Origin: a virus
Length of the DNA stretch: 64,000 bases
Virus record (IMG/VR): IMGVR_UViG_3300029787_000007
Span: 48,700-112,699 of that record
Direction: 5' to 3' (one strand)
Shown here: positions 20,101-30,800 of the stretch, one piece after another
Layout: the number at the start of each line of letters is the position of its first letter
How positions within the stretch are numbered: position 1 is the first letter of the stretch
Notes under the pieces: model-generated
Told to the model about the DNA's origin: nothing
What the model saw: only the letters and a program-made list of their open reading frames with translations
The model's database searches: none
Made by a program: the position numbers and the translations under genes

Positions 20101-23100
20101 TGGGTTTATCGCATCTTCTGACAAGGTTATTAATAGAAAAGAAATAAATGTATTGCAAATTGTCGATCCTGAACAATCAATAGCATCTGAAATGATCAAT
20201 ATTTTAGATGAAGATGATACAGTATTTACACCCATTCGCACCGTTCCAAATTATCTTTTTACGCTTGAAAAAAGCATGTATGGCGCTATTTCACAAGAAA
20301 TGTTGACATTTCTTGCTGGCGTTATTGACTTCAACAATATCATAGGAGCCCCAGTTAACAGATATCGCGAACGCTATAAAGACCTTGAAAAACTTAAAGA
20401 AGCATTCTTTAGACGTGTAACGAAAACTTCCAACGTTGAAAAATTTGTAGACTATTATAAGTGGTTTGATGATGCAATTTCAATTATTGTAGAACAACTA
20501 ATTCCGGCTTCTGCAGACTATATTCCAGACTTAATGAATATTATAGAGCCTCACGCATTAGAAAGAGACAAATATCAATCAAAATTTCCAACATTAGAAT
20601 TTAAACAACCAGAAATTGAAAATGCCCCAATTAAAGGAATTACTGAAAAAGTTTATAGCTGGAGAGCTGGTCACAGTACAATTCCCCATAGTCATAGAGA
20701 CACCAATAAACATATGTTATATTGGAAAGATCGAGCTGAACGAAACGCAACTGAAATAACATCTAGTAATACTACTGTAGATACACAAAGAGAAGCCATT
20801 AGAAAAATAGCGGTCAAGAATCCTGGCCTCACAAGTTCAATTCCATCTCTGCAGACTCTCGGCGGGACGAAATATTTAGCAAACAGATACAAGAGAAGAA
20901 CCTTTCAAAAAATATTTATAGAAAAAGTAGACAACCCTCTCTCAAGTGCATCATTTTTACACGGTGGTGTTAACTTTGAACCATCAAAAAATATACATTT
21001 TACTTATAATGCACTCTATCCAGCCGGCCCAGTTGATAGAACTGATGGCGTCCTTATACCACAGAACATATTATTATCGTGGATGGACGACTTAGTAAAA
21101 GTTCCAGTCAATAATGATCCTAAACCGGGAGATGATAAAACTAAAAGACACGTAAAAGTTCTTCATGGCCGTAACTATACCGAAGGTCTTGGTTACCAAT
21201 CGGTTAAATCTTCCATGGCCTTTCCTTTTAATATTATCAGCTCTTCAGTCAAGACTGGTTATTCAAAACTAACGTATGAAACACTTAGTGGAAATGTAAC
21301 TATTACAAATTTACATAATGATGTATATGGTCCTGATATGGATAAGCCCATGCAAGGTCCATTTACTGAATATGCAGTAGGAGGACATCAATCTAGACAT
21401 ATTAGATTGAATACAGGAAGTGATAATTGGCAGAATCGACCTGAAGCGTGGAAGTTATTTTTAGGAGCATGTGCAGATCCTTTAATTGATTTAGACAATT
21501 CTGGAGCCATTGGTATGGCTGGAGCAGACTATCCTTGGCCAGTTCATGCTTTGGCCCCCGGCCGGCCCGCTTATCCAATGACTGCCTCACAAAAAGCCGT
21601 ATATTACAGAGATTTTGTTGCAAAAAGACCGGTTAATATTAGGAATATTAAACACACTACTGGCTCAACTGTTCTTGGAAACTATAACAAAAATTATGAT
21701 GTTGTACATACTTTTGGTGCTTTTTCGAATCCAAGAGGGTTTATTGAAAATCAACCCTCCTTGCCGACACAAGCTTTTCAAAATACCGCAACAAGCTCTA
21801 CTTCAATAAGAACATTACTGAACATTAGAAGAGCAGACATGGGTCACACTGATTTGGTCGGTGAATATTCCAATTCATATTTGACTAGTGCGACAAATAA
21901 ATCAGTAATAAGAACAAAATTTTCTGCTCCTGGAGGGATTGAGACAAGCACTTCTGGATATACCGACATTAGATCAAACGAGTTTTCCGTTTATAACAAT
22001 ATTAATTATAGAAATTTAAATGTGAGAAGACCATTCCAAGCGCCATCTGGTAGCGGCTCATCCTCGTGGGGACGCGGTAAGGGCACAACTGGTATTAGAG
22101 TGTTTGATATTCATGGTAAAGACTTTGGGCTTACCGCCCATTTATCTAGACATGCCGGTAGGTTCGGAAGAGACTCAGTGTTTCAAACCGGATCTTTAAA
22201 TACTCCAGGAATAGCAAGAAGCCTACAAGCTCCTGGCGCCTCATATGATCAATTGCCCAGCTTTAACAAGACTAATAGAAATAGAATTCATGAAATTAAA
22301 CTTAGATTAAATAGCAATGATGGGGTGACATACGATGCCTTTACATCTTCAATACATGATAATTATTATGTAGCTCAACAGATACCAAAATCAACTCTTC
22401 AGTATTCATGGATTAGCAGCTCACATTTGAGAACAAATGAAAGATTTGGTATCGTTAGGCCTGGATTCCGTTTAAGTGCCTCAAGCGGCATGAAAAATTC
22501 AATTGATTTTGTGTCAGCCAGTGAATTTGTATCATATCATACAAATGGTTCACAACAAAGAGTGCTTGGTCAGGATGGTAGATATGCCGCACCACAAAAA
22601 GTAGTTACTGATTTTGTCGGGTTAAATATAAACATTGTTGATACAGTGCTGCCAGATTCAGCTACATTGGGAAGTTCAACAACTGCCACTGATTATATCA
22701 ACACTGATTTTATTGAACTTGGCAATTCTGAAGGAACAGCTAGTATATTAAACGCTTTATTATTAAATCGTGGTGGAGTTTATGGCTATCCATCATGGCA
22801 ACAAATGAGATATGCTGATCACAAATTGATAAAAAATTATAGAGAAGCAAACAAATTACATTTTATAACCTCTACTAGTTCTTTTAATAAGCAAGTAGAA
22901 TATAGTATGCCCCCTGTATCATTAAGAGGTCGTGCGCTTGATATTTGTTTTGATGATTTAACATCACTTGTACCTTATGCGACTACAACTGGATTTCCGC
23001 CCGTAACGGAAATGATTTTAACTCCATCAGTTCAGTCTGTAAGAGCTGATTTTAGTAACAATTATGTTTATTTTAACTTAGATTTATTAGAAAACGAATT

Positions 23101-26100
23101 TGATGTAAATTATTTTAATGATATAACAGCAGGCGAACAAGTATTGAAAATCTGCAATACAAACGCAAATTTTAATTTAAACTGGGCCATATATAGAGAA
23201 AATATTTTTCCATCCCAAAGAAATGAATTTGTGTCTCAATCAAGAACAAGAGTTGGATATGAAAATAAATACTGGAGAGATTTAGATTTAGATCGTGCTG
23301 AACTTGGTGCTACATTTAAAAATAGCCAAGACATACACGTATCACAAAGTTCTTGGATCTTAGATGCCCCGACTGATTTCTTAACCAGAACCGGTCCAAC
23401 GTTTGTTTCTTATTCAGCCGTTCCGCTAACAACTACTGCAGAGCTAATTGCTGCGCGTAATACTTTAAGACGCGGCGGTTTTAGTTCTGCCTCCGCTGGT
23501 GAATTACAAAATACTTACTTTACTTTCTTTACTTCTAGTGACGAGGGTAAATATACGCCTTCACTGGGCACATTCGAAAGAGGAGGTGTTTTAACTCCCG
23601 GCGCCCTGTACGCTAGAAAGCAATCAATTTCATCTCCACGATCTGTAGCTAGTCCTTCCGGTATGGCTTGGCCACATACTGGCGCCGGTACTCCTGGCCC
23701 ATTTGACGCCCTTAAACAAATTGATGTTTGCGCAGGTGAAGCAAAGTGGGAAGCAGGAGAAAAAGCAGGAATTTCGGGCTTTAGTCGTGTGTCTTCTGCT
23801 GAATCATTTGAACTATCTGAGGTAGTAAATTTCACTTCTATGCCAAGCAAGCCGTGGTTTAATGATTACGACGAATTTAACTATTTAATAAGAAAAGTTA
23901 GTAATGCAAAAGAATTTGCGGTTGTGCCAGAATTCAGAATCAGTGAGCACGTGGAAGATTATACTATAGCTGGAACTGTTCTTCCAGAAAGCAAATTCAA
24001 TACTTTTGAAATACCTGGCACTGAACTTAGTAGTTCACAAGATGATTTTTATATTGATTATTCTAATTCAGAATTTTTAAAAGAATTTTTAAATGTACAA
24101 TCTTTAAGTAACCGCAATGCAAAAGAAATCAGATTAGTATGTAGCGGCACTATTCGTTACAATCCATATAAAAGCTTTTACCCAGCACAAAGAACTGTTG
24201 ACTTAGTAAAAATGTTTCACAGAGAATACGCCGGCGAGCTAGGTAATTGGGGTATTGTCCCTGGCTATGGCGCTGATGGAGGTATTTCAGGATCGGCAAT
24301 TAAATCACTTTATCAGCCTTTATTCGCACCTGGAATTTTATACAATTCAATTAAATCAGGTCTTGCGGTAGATTGGCCAATTATTACTGAATTTTCAAAA
24401 CATCAAAAAACGGCGTTTGGTGACGGAGAGGGTGTCAAAAAAGATAACTATGCTGCAACAATTGACGTTAACTTTGGCTCTAGTGCGGTTTCTGCATATT
24501 GGGACAAGCGTTTAGATTTTGAATCGCTTACCGACCCACTTCGACACATACATGGTATTGAATTTATGGATATGGACTCACACCCCTCTTCTTCTGTAAC
24601 TCAAGCAAGATATCGTGCCCTTATTGGTCTTGAAAGCACACTATATCCAGATATGGCAAGAAACTTTTTTGGTGAAGTCCCTAACTTTTTCTTAAAAAAT
24701 CGTAAAATGACTACGATTAAATCCGCAGGATGGGAAAAACAAGCCATTCCAGAAGGCACGTATGCCTCAAGAATTATTCTTAGACGAAGTATGAGTGGCT
24801 CTAGAGATTACAGCTTTGAAAGCGGATCCGCCAACGCAACATTTCCAAATCAAACTCCAACACCAAGCCCATATATTGCATTGGGAGCAAGACAGATAGT
24901 TTCTCAATCATATGATTCTGATGGTATTGAGTATATTACATCATCTGATCAAGGGTATCCAATACCTCAAGATCCAATTAACAACCCTAATTACCGTGAA
25001 TCATTTACAATGTACAGTAGGCCCACTGCATTTGGCCCGCCAATTGCTGGCTTGTCAAGAACAAATCAAACTGCTACTAGTCTTTATGGAGCAAATACAA
25101 TATTTGATAGTTTTAACGGATGCAATCCTGCGTATACGCCGCCATACTACAATGGACAGGCTTGGTGTGATTTAATTTTTAGACCAACTCCTGGTAAAGA
25201 ATATTCCATGAAAGATATAATCGCTGAAACTTCAGCTTCTTATTGGAGAATAGATCCGGGTTATCCTAGTGCAAGTGCCTTGTTAAACGATGCTAAAGTT
25301 TCTACTGTTTTAGTTTATGACGATACTAGCACCACTACGGGCATTCCTGGAGCAATTTATGCTGGAGCATTTATCAATAAAAATTGTATGCAATTGAGTG
25401 CTAGCATACAACTTTTTGGAATTGAAACAGTTCCAGAATCAGAAGTTGCTGTAACAACTGGCCAAACACGCGGCACTGTAGAACTTCCACAACATCAAAG
25501 ATGGGTTATAAAGCCAAAATTTGAAACTCCAATGCTGAACTTTAACGATACATCTAAATTAAGAGCGTTGACTAGCTCAGAAATTGCAATCCCCGCATTT
25601 GGCGCAGAGTCTGTGCCGCGTGGAATGTGGCACCAGTTTGGTATAATTGAGCCAGATGATTCAAAAGGAATTTTTCTTGAAATTTCCGATATACCGGCAA
25701 CTTGGATAAAATCTCATTATACGTCTTCTTTGTTTGATAGTATTTATAATAATTTTGATAAATCGACAATTGATATGCCACAGTCTCTTGGTGGTCTAGT
25801 AGGTTGGACTGATAATTCAAAAAGACTTGGAGAAATTAAAGATTTAATGACTGTTTACGAAGCTGTCGTTGCGGTGCCGTATATAATTAATAATCCTCCG
25901 TTCCCAACATCTGGTCCCGGCCCTGCTCCAGGTCCATCGGAATCTCCAAAAATGTTTATTTCTATTCCCTCGACAAGATATGAAGAAGCAATGAATGACG
26001 CTGATGCAGCAGATGACGAAGATATGGAAATTGCAGGAGCCTCTATAAGAAGGCAGGTAGATTTAATGCAAAAATACATCCTTCCTCCAGAGTTAGATTT

Positions 26101-26812
26101 TATCTCTACCCCAAGTTTAGAAAAAATAGCAATGTATATATTTGAATTTGAATACACTTTTGATCAAGATGATTTGTCCTACATATGGCAGAATTTAGCT
26201 CCGCGCGATTATCAAAAAATAACACAACAAGCGACCACAGTATCCCATGAATTAATAGATGCTGAATTGCTAACTGAAGAAAATTTAGAGGAAGGCGAAA
26301 GTCTTAGGTGGATGATTTTTAAAGTAAAACAAAGATCACAAAAAGATTACGATGAAATTAAGGCTAATACTTCTTTAGGTGTTTTAAGCAATTTTGCTGG
26401 TGCGACTAGCACCGCTGCAGCCGCGGCGCAAGAAGGTTTAGATGTTGAAGAAGAGCCGGAATATAATACTATGTATAATTGGCCATATGATTATCTTTCT
26501 TTTGTAGAAAAAATTAGACTTGATGTAGAAGTTTTATTTGAAGGAGAATCTGATGAGCCAATACAGGGCGGCGGAACTAGCCCGTCTAATACCGGAACAA
26601 CTACATTCTCGGGTGAAGCGATGATTGCTGCTGGTATATCTAGCTACCAAACCCCAACTGGTCAGGGAACCGCTCAATACACCCCGCAGCCACAGGTATA
26701 CGGCGGTACCCTTCAGACAGGCCAAACAACGGTTGGTCAAGCCACAGCAACATACGACCCTGAACGTTCATCTCCAGATGAAAGTGACGGTGGTGGGGAT
26801 CCAAGTTACTAA
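17117..26812 (+). CDS. Giant (3231 aa) baseplate wedge protein with LamG/concanavalin-like domain(s) and a gp7/P2-I-like motif
   Basis: VTVEFWLK..WNHYAFV..KLYVNG..VDEFRFW LamG pattern (~17730-18240); IYKSKGTSKAI (~18940). Confidence 0.7.
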   Translation: MSIKKLFDSADKNTNFSDYANEKERYEFVESIDNAEQITIKNKTFTPIIDYSNPVNFIKYGSAYYFYQGALTKISDYYPYDGSAAEKNTFYNSLLEGEKYIFDSLYPTTTGYALFSADGWGSLDSSAGTVTNGFGYPANEEYITVKGGPLTSSGDSLAAMGPDPYNSKIHHANIYDENIYQTANLPDDYGKGTRLSNLRSDFDDGVTVEFWLKKIAFDTDLTQKEVIFDLWNNNAIGSSDNSYGRVTLTMDGGVGSSTTPFKVTVQSGSTNIYQQAVGASPTLTTIQSWNHYAFVLQNSGSDFHVKLYVNGDLDDDQKVSSKTFTEISQKGIMGRIGALLTASQPNPSSIIYPQAGNIAGGGKLSASVDEFRFWKVARNSQQINRNWFDNVDGGVNTDISNTTLGIYYKFNEGIVGSSSIDSVVLDYAGRISNGVWTGYDSYSRNTGSAIVSASAAIFEKEDPIIKTQHPSYTSLSSSLITSGSFYDLNNNSSFISYAPSWVIEDHENNGNENLKIVSHIIGTYFDKLYYLIKEVPKLRHSNHLSSSTKPIPFARHLPQSLGLYTPDTFINSTIVEKLLNRNETDRFEGSIEDTKNEIYVNLYNNLTNIYKSKGTSKAIKNVFRCFNLDDSLVKFKQYSTNQTYELDNNALQNKVFKDFINFNTSSNVNAVVYQAVDSSNSDSSGYISGSYDGEVEGVEQIYGATVEAEVMFPFYIPNNTYAQAISREPTEISLFGITKVDTGSAGSLNGTDTTDLSKDNYSNFQVFAIREKPNSKNVYFKLTSSFSPHPIPLLTSSVFYNVYDNNLWNFSVRVKPSGYPMSGFVSGATTYTYDVIFKGINNVLGTVINSFEVSSSIGFVSGSNFLRSPKRVYVGAKRENLTGSVQYTSDVLASNAKYWVKFLDDYSLTQHSKDTFNQGISSSYQNISGLAHSGSNLDLLNRNTLALDWNFDNVTSSDSSGNFIVTDYGSGSALIRRSYGWLGRISGYQHTGYGYGFIASSDKVINRKEINVLQIVDPEQSIASEMINILDEDDTVFTPIRTVPNYLFTLEKSMYGAISQEMLTFLAGVIDFNNIIGAPVNRYRERYKDLEKLKEAFFRRVTKTSNVEKFVDYYKWFDDAISIIVEQLIPASADYIPDLMNIIEPHALERDKYQSKFPTLEFKQPEIENAPIKGITEKVYSWRAGHSTIPHSHRDTNKHMLYWKDRAERNATEITSSNTTVDTQREAIRKIAVKNPGLTSSIPSLQTLGGTKYLANRYKRRTFQKIFIEKVDNPLSSASFLHGGVNFEPSKNIHFTYNALYPAGPVDRTDGVLIPQNILLSWMDDLVKVPVNNDPKPGDDKTKRHVKVLHGRNYTEGLGYQSVKSSMAFPFNIISSSVKTGYSKLTYETLSGNVTITNLHNDVYGPDMDKPMQGPFTEYAVGGHQSRHIRLNTGSDNWQNRPEAWKLFLGACADPLIDLDNSGAIGMAGADYPWPVHALAPGRPAYPMTASQKAVYYRDFVAKRPVNIRNIKHTTGSTVLGNYNKNYDVVHTFGAFSNPRGFIENQPSLPTQAFQNTATSSTSIRTLLNIRRADMGHTDLVGEYSNSYLTSATNKSVIRTKFSAPGGIETSTSGYTDIRSNEFSVYNNINYRNLNVRRPFQAPSGSGSSSWGRGKGTTGIRVFDIHGKDFGLTAHLSRHAGRFGRDSVFQTGSLNTPGIARSLQAPGASYDQLPSFNKTNRNRIHEIKLRLNSNDGVTYDAFTSSIHDNYYVAQQIPKSTLQYSWISSSHLRTNERFGIVRPGFRLSASSGMKNSIDFVSASEFVSYHTNGSQQRVLGQDGRYAAPQKVVTDFVGLNINIVDTVLPDSATLGSSTTATDYINTDFIELGNSEGTASILNALLLNRGGVYGYPSWQQMRYADHKLIKNYREANKLHFITSTSSFNKQVEYSMPPVSLRGRALDICFDDLTSLVPYATTTGFPPVTEMILTPSVQSVRADFSNNYVYFNLDLLENEFDVNYFNDITAGEQVLKICNTNANFNLNWAIYRENIFPSQRNEFVSQSRTRVGYENKYWRDLDLDRAELGATFKNSQDIHVSQSSWILDAPTDFLTRTGPTFVSYSAVPLTTTAELIAARNTLRRGGFSSASAGELQNTYFTFFTSSDEGKYTPSLGTFERGGVLTPGALYARKQSISSPRSVASPSGMAWPHTGAGTPGPFDALKQIDVCAGEAKWEAGEKAGISGFSRVSSAESFELSEVVNFTSMPSKPWFNDYDEFNYLIRKVSNAKEFAVVPEFRISEHVEDYTIAGTVLPESKFNTFEIPGTELSSSQDDFYIDYSNSEFLKEFLNVQSLSNRNAKEIRLVCSGTIRYNPYKSFYPAQRTVDLVKMFHREYAGELGNWGIVPGYGADGGISGSAIKSLYQPLFAPGILYNSIKSGLAVDWPIITEFSKHQKTAFGDGEGVKKDNYAATIDVNFGSSAVSAYWDKRLDFESLTDPLRHIHGIEFMDMDSHPSSSVTQARYRALIGLESTLYPDMARNFFGEVPNFFLKNRKMTTIKSAGWEKQAIPEGTYASRIILRRSMSGSRDYSFESGSANATFPNQTPTPSPYIALGARQIVSQSYDSDGIEYITSSDQGYPIPQDPINNPNYRESFTMYSRPTAFGPPIAGLSRTNQTATSLYGANTIFDSFNGCNPAYTPPYYNGQAWCDLIFRPTPGKEYSMKDIIAETSASYWRIDPGYPSASALLNDAKVSTVLVYDDTSTTTGIPGAIYAGAFINKNCMQLSASIQLFGIETVPESEVAVTTGQTRGTVELPQHQRWVIKPKFETPMLNFNDTSKLRALTSSEIAIPAFGAESVPRGMWHQFGIIEPDDSKGIFLEISDIPATWIKSHYTSSLFDSIYNNFDKSTIDMPQSLGGLVGWTDNSKRLGEIKDLMTVYEAVVAVPYIINNPPFPTSGPGPAPGPSESPKMFISIPSTRYEEAMNDADAADDEDMEIAGASIRRQVDLMQKYILPPELDFISTPSLEKIAMYIFEFEYTFDQDDLSYIWQNLAPRDYQKITQQATTVSHELIDAELLTEENLEEGESLRWMIFKVKQRSQKDYDEIKANTSLGVLSNFAGATSTAAAAAQEGLDVEEEPEYNTMYNWPYDYLSFVEKIRLDVEVLFEGESDEPIQGGGTSPSNTGTTTFSGEAMIAAGISSYQTPTGQGTAQYTPQPQVYGGTLQTGQTTVGQATATYDPERSSPDESDGGGDPSY

Positions 26813-26815
26813 TTA
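26808..26815 (+). promoter_or_regulatory. Candidate late promoter ACTAATTA
   Basis: Recurrent motif before 26829. Confidence 0.4.
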
Positions 26816-26828
26816 ACAGAGAGCTAAA

Positions 26829-27875
26829 ATGAAATTTTTAAATAAAAAAGAACAAGTTATGGATTTTAAATTGACTTCTTATGGTCATTATTTAATGTCT
26901 GTTGGTAAATTTAAACCAGAATTTTATGCTTTTTTTGATGATAATGTAATTTACGATGGGCAATATGGACAAATTAGTGAATCATCAAATAGAACTCATC
27001 AAAGAATTAAAGAGAATACTCAATATTTAGAAAGTCAAGTTTTGTTTGAAGAAGTCGAAACAGATTTAAACGTTGTTGATGGTTCTTTGTCTTTTTACGA
27101 ATCCGATGTCACGCCAATAATGAAAGAACCAAGAAAAGATATATATAGATTTGACTCCATGATAGGTGATGCATATTTGGCTGGTGATACTAATATTAGT
27201 CCCGCTTGGAAAATAGTGTCGCTAAATGGAAATATAAGCTCCTCAACGTTGAAAGATCCAACAAATGATTACAATATTCCTCAAATTAATATAACATTAA
27301 ATTACCGTAAAAAAATAGTACATATTGATAAAGTAAATTTTGATAATTACCTTTCGCCCTCACCAGCTGGAGCGTCCGGACGAGGATTTGTACAATCAAT
27401 AAACCGCACAAACCGTTTTGCAGACAATAAAATAATAACATTAGAAACTGATGATTTGATAATTTATGCAGAAGAACTTAACACAGAAATGTTAAACGAA
27501 AATTTTGATACAGAAGTTTTTGAAATTCTGACAGGAGCACTTCCGGCAAGGTGTCCGACGTGCGCTAAACAAGATAAGCTTAGCAGAAAATACTTTCAAG
27601 AAGATAGGGGAAAAATCAGAGGAGGCCTGATGAGCGATTCATCTATTAATAATTTTTCTGCTCAAGCAGTATCAAATTTATCATCTAGTGTTGATTATTA
27701 TTTTGATATTATTAAAGATCATGATATGGATGCCATGTTAGCCTGTAAGGGTGTTGAAATGTTTAATAAACAAACACTGTACATTGATTTAGATTTTGAT
27801 TGTGAAAATTTTGAAAAACTTATAGTAGGTACTGCCGACATCTATGGTAGGGTAACGGAGCCAGAACAATGTTAG
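26829..27875 (+). CDS. Baseplate-associated structural protein
   Basis: N-terminus (FLNKKEQVMDFKLTSYG...FFDDNVIY) parallels the 35010/36050 paralogues (FLDNSG.IILDA.LTDTG...LGDDEI.Y). Confidence 0.55.
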   Translation: MKFLNKKEQVMDFKLTSYGHYLMSVGKFKPEFYAFFDDNVIYDGQYGQISESSNRTHQRIKENTQYLESQVLFEEVETDLNVVDGSLSFYESDVTPIMKEPRKDIYRFDSMIGDAYLAGDTNISPAWKIVSLNGNISSSTLKDPTNDYNIPQINITLNYRKKIVHIDKVNFDNYLSPSPAGASGRGFVQSINRTNRFADNKIITLETDDLIIYAEELNTEMLNENFDTEVFEILTGALPARCPTCAKQDKLSRKYFQEDRGKIRGGLMSDSSINNFSAQAVSNLSSSVDYYFDIIKDHDMDAMLACKGVEMFNKQTLYIDLDFDCENFEKLIVGTADIYGRVTEPEQC

Positions 27876-30800
27876 GAGTCCTTGATACAAATAGCAACAG
27901 GGCCGCAGGATTAAAATTACCTGTTCCGTATATTGAACGAGCTTTGGTCAATAATGGACAAATTGATATTAGACTAGTGCTGTACATAGTACTTGAAGAA
28001 GAACAAACTGCCGAATATGTAACTGATACACTATCAGATGTTAAATTTTATGTTGCTCAAGTTTTTGACAATTCAGTAAGCATTTCAGGCTCTGTCAATA
28101 CAAAATATACTGATACAGAGTATTCTGGTTCTGGTACATCAAGATTTAGTAGTATGACAAATTATAGAAATGGAATAATGGATTACTTAGTTGATTTAAC
28201 TAATAGCCATAAAATATATGATACTTTTGCAGTCAATGATACAGAATATTACATTCAGCGCGGCCATAAAATTTTGTATAGTGTAGATTTTACTGATTTT
28301 ACATTTGCCTCTGAGGAATTTACAGAAGATAGCAATAAAGTTATAAAATTTGTTTCTGATATTACTGCAACAACTGAAGTATTTGAAACGGATAGTAGCG
28401 ATATTGATCTGTCCGAAGAATTTTATTCAATTGCAAAAAATTTAAATCTTAATATGAACTTGATTTGTTTTTCATCTATTTTAGATTTGTCAGGAATGAA
28501 TACATCGCTTGGTAATGAATTCGTAGAAGAGGCAAGAGACAATAAGCGTTCGCTAATGCTTTACAATTCATTTTTTTCTGAGCCATCTTATGAAGAGGTT
28601 TTTAGTAATGGTATTCTTATTAAAACACCAACAACTGTTTATACTCTTCCAAATGGTAGAATATTTAATGGTGATGTTATGCAAACAATTGATGGTTCTT
28701 TTCATGGTCTACGAACAGACAATTTTGGAAGAGAACATATATTAAAAAGATTTTTGCAACTGCCAATAGATCAAGTTAGCCGTAATACTATTGCTCCAGG
28801 TACTGAAGGTTTTACGCAGGCTTTGAACGGTTTTACTTTTATTTTGTCTGCTTACGGAGTTACCACAGAACTACTCCCGCGATTAGATGTTTTTAGAAAG
28901 AGTTATATTGATAAGTCTACTTTAACGCCTGCTGGTAGGTGGTACCAAGAGTTTAATAAAGCTCTTATGGCAACAAACTTTTTATTGTCAAAACAAACAC
29001 CAGTCAGACCAGAGCTTGTTGTGACTCCTGTTATTGTTGATAATCGATCATTTGAGGAAGATTCTTATGTAGCACCCACTGACCTGGGATATAGTATGGA
29101 GTCTGATTATATTTATGCAAGTTCTGATTCAATAATGATGAGTCGCGTAGGTTACTTTGATAGATCTTTATATGGTGCTTCAGTGCAGCCAGATGAATTT
29201 GAAAATAACTATACATTAGTGGAAAATGGCTTCTTTTTCTTTGATTATGAAAAGGCGATAAAAACTCAAAGCGTAATATCTAAAATTTTCAATATTGATA
29301 AAATTGAAAATTATTTTGGCAAAGATGTTCTTAATAAATATTTTAAATTAGATCGAGTTCAAATGAAAAGAAGAAATGCCGCTGATACTAGCATAGTATA
29401 TACCAAAACAACCACCTATGACAATTCATTAGATATATCATATCCAAAATTTGTAAATACCTATTATGTAAACAACAATGGCACTACGAATATGGCCGAA
29501 ACTGAATTTGAATGGGGCAGTATGACGGATATTTATCCTGAATTAATGCTAAGAAATTTAGATCTTGTAAATAATGATGAATTCGAAAACTACCGTCTAA
29601 TGACGTTTCAGTTTCAAGATATTATGGATAGTGCTGGGGTTTATCCTGATTCGCAACGTGACATAGATACAATTGATTTTCTTGTGGATTGTACCGATTA
29701 TACTAAACAACTATATGATTTAATTAGCGGTTCTTTTGATGAATATTTAACCGGATCATTTCAAGAATATGTTGACGCAGCAGAACAATTTTGTAGTTAT
29801 AATAACATTGATCAGTTTTTTAATAGTTTTTTTGCTAGTGCGTTTGAAGAAGCATACTCGGACGATCCTGAATCCGCGCCGTGGATTGTTGCCCCTGTAA
29901 TATATAACTTACACAAAGATTTAATAAACAACGAATTTAATGGTGATTCTCAATCTATCACTGACGCTTCTATTGTTATAAGTAATCAAATTTCTCCACG
30001 AACTGGAAACTTATACAGTCTTCAATCTTTTAGAGATAATTTTGAATCTTTAAGAGAGTTTTACAATAGTTTAGATCTATCGGGGTATTCAAATACACGA
30101 AATTTAGAATTTGGTCCTGTACGACTTCTTGTATCATTGCTTGGGGATCCTGATTTTACAAATCTCACTACGGATCTTACAGCAGCAGGAAGCGATGAGG
30201 CTGACGCAGAATGGCTAACCGCTATTAATACAGCGTGGAATCACATAAAACGAGAAATTAGAGCTGAATTTGGCGATGAATATGGCAATGATGAGTCTGA
30301 TCCGGAAAGTGGCCTAAGCATATATGATGTTCTTTATGATATAGCTGCAGAGACCCAGTTAGCGATGGTAACCATTCAAGAGGCGGAAGACGCAGGGGAG
30401 TTTGATGGCCTTACTCCATCACAATTAGCTGATAGAATTACGGGCCTCCTTGCCGCCGCCGGCGTTGCTTCCGCATTTTACGCGGTCTGGGGAGGTATAG
30501 CTGTGGCATATGGTGTGACGGCCGGATTCGCCGCTGCATTTGGTCCTGTTGGGTGGATTGTAACGGTCTTTGTTGGAATGGCCGCAATCATTGCGGCCAG
30601 TTTTGCTGCCCTAGAAGAGAATAAAAGAAAAAGCTTCAGAAGAAGAATCGAGCAAATACTTTATGATAGATTAACTGAATTAGCTGCAAGTGCTCAACAA
30701 ATTAATGATTCCATAACTGTTGCTATGCGTTCTAAAACATATCCTACTGATTTTAAAGATATAATAGAAGAAAGTTTTGATCAGCAGCCAGTGCTGGTTT

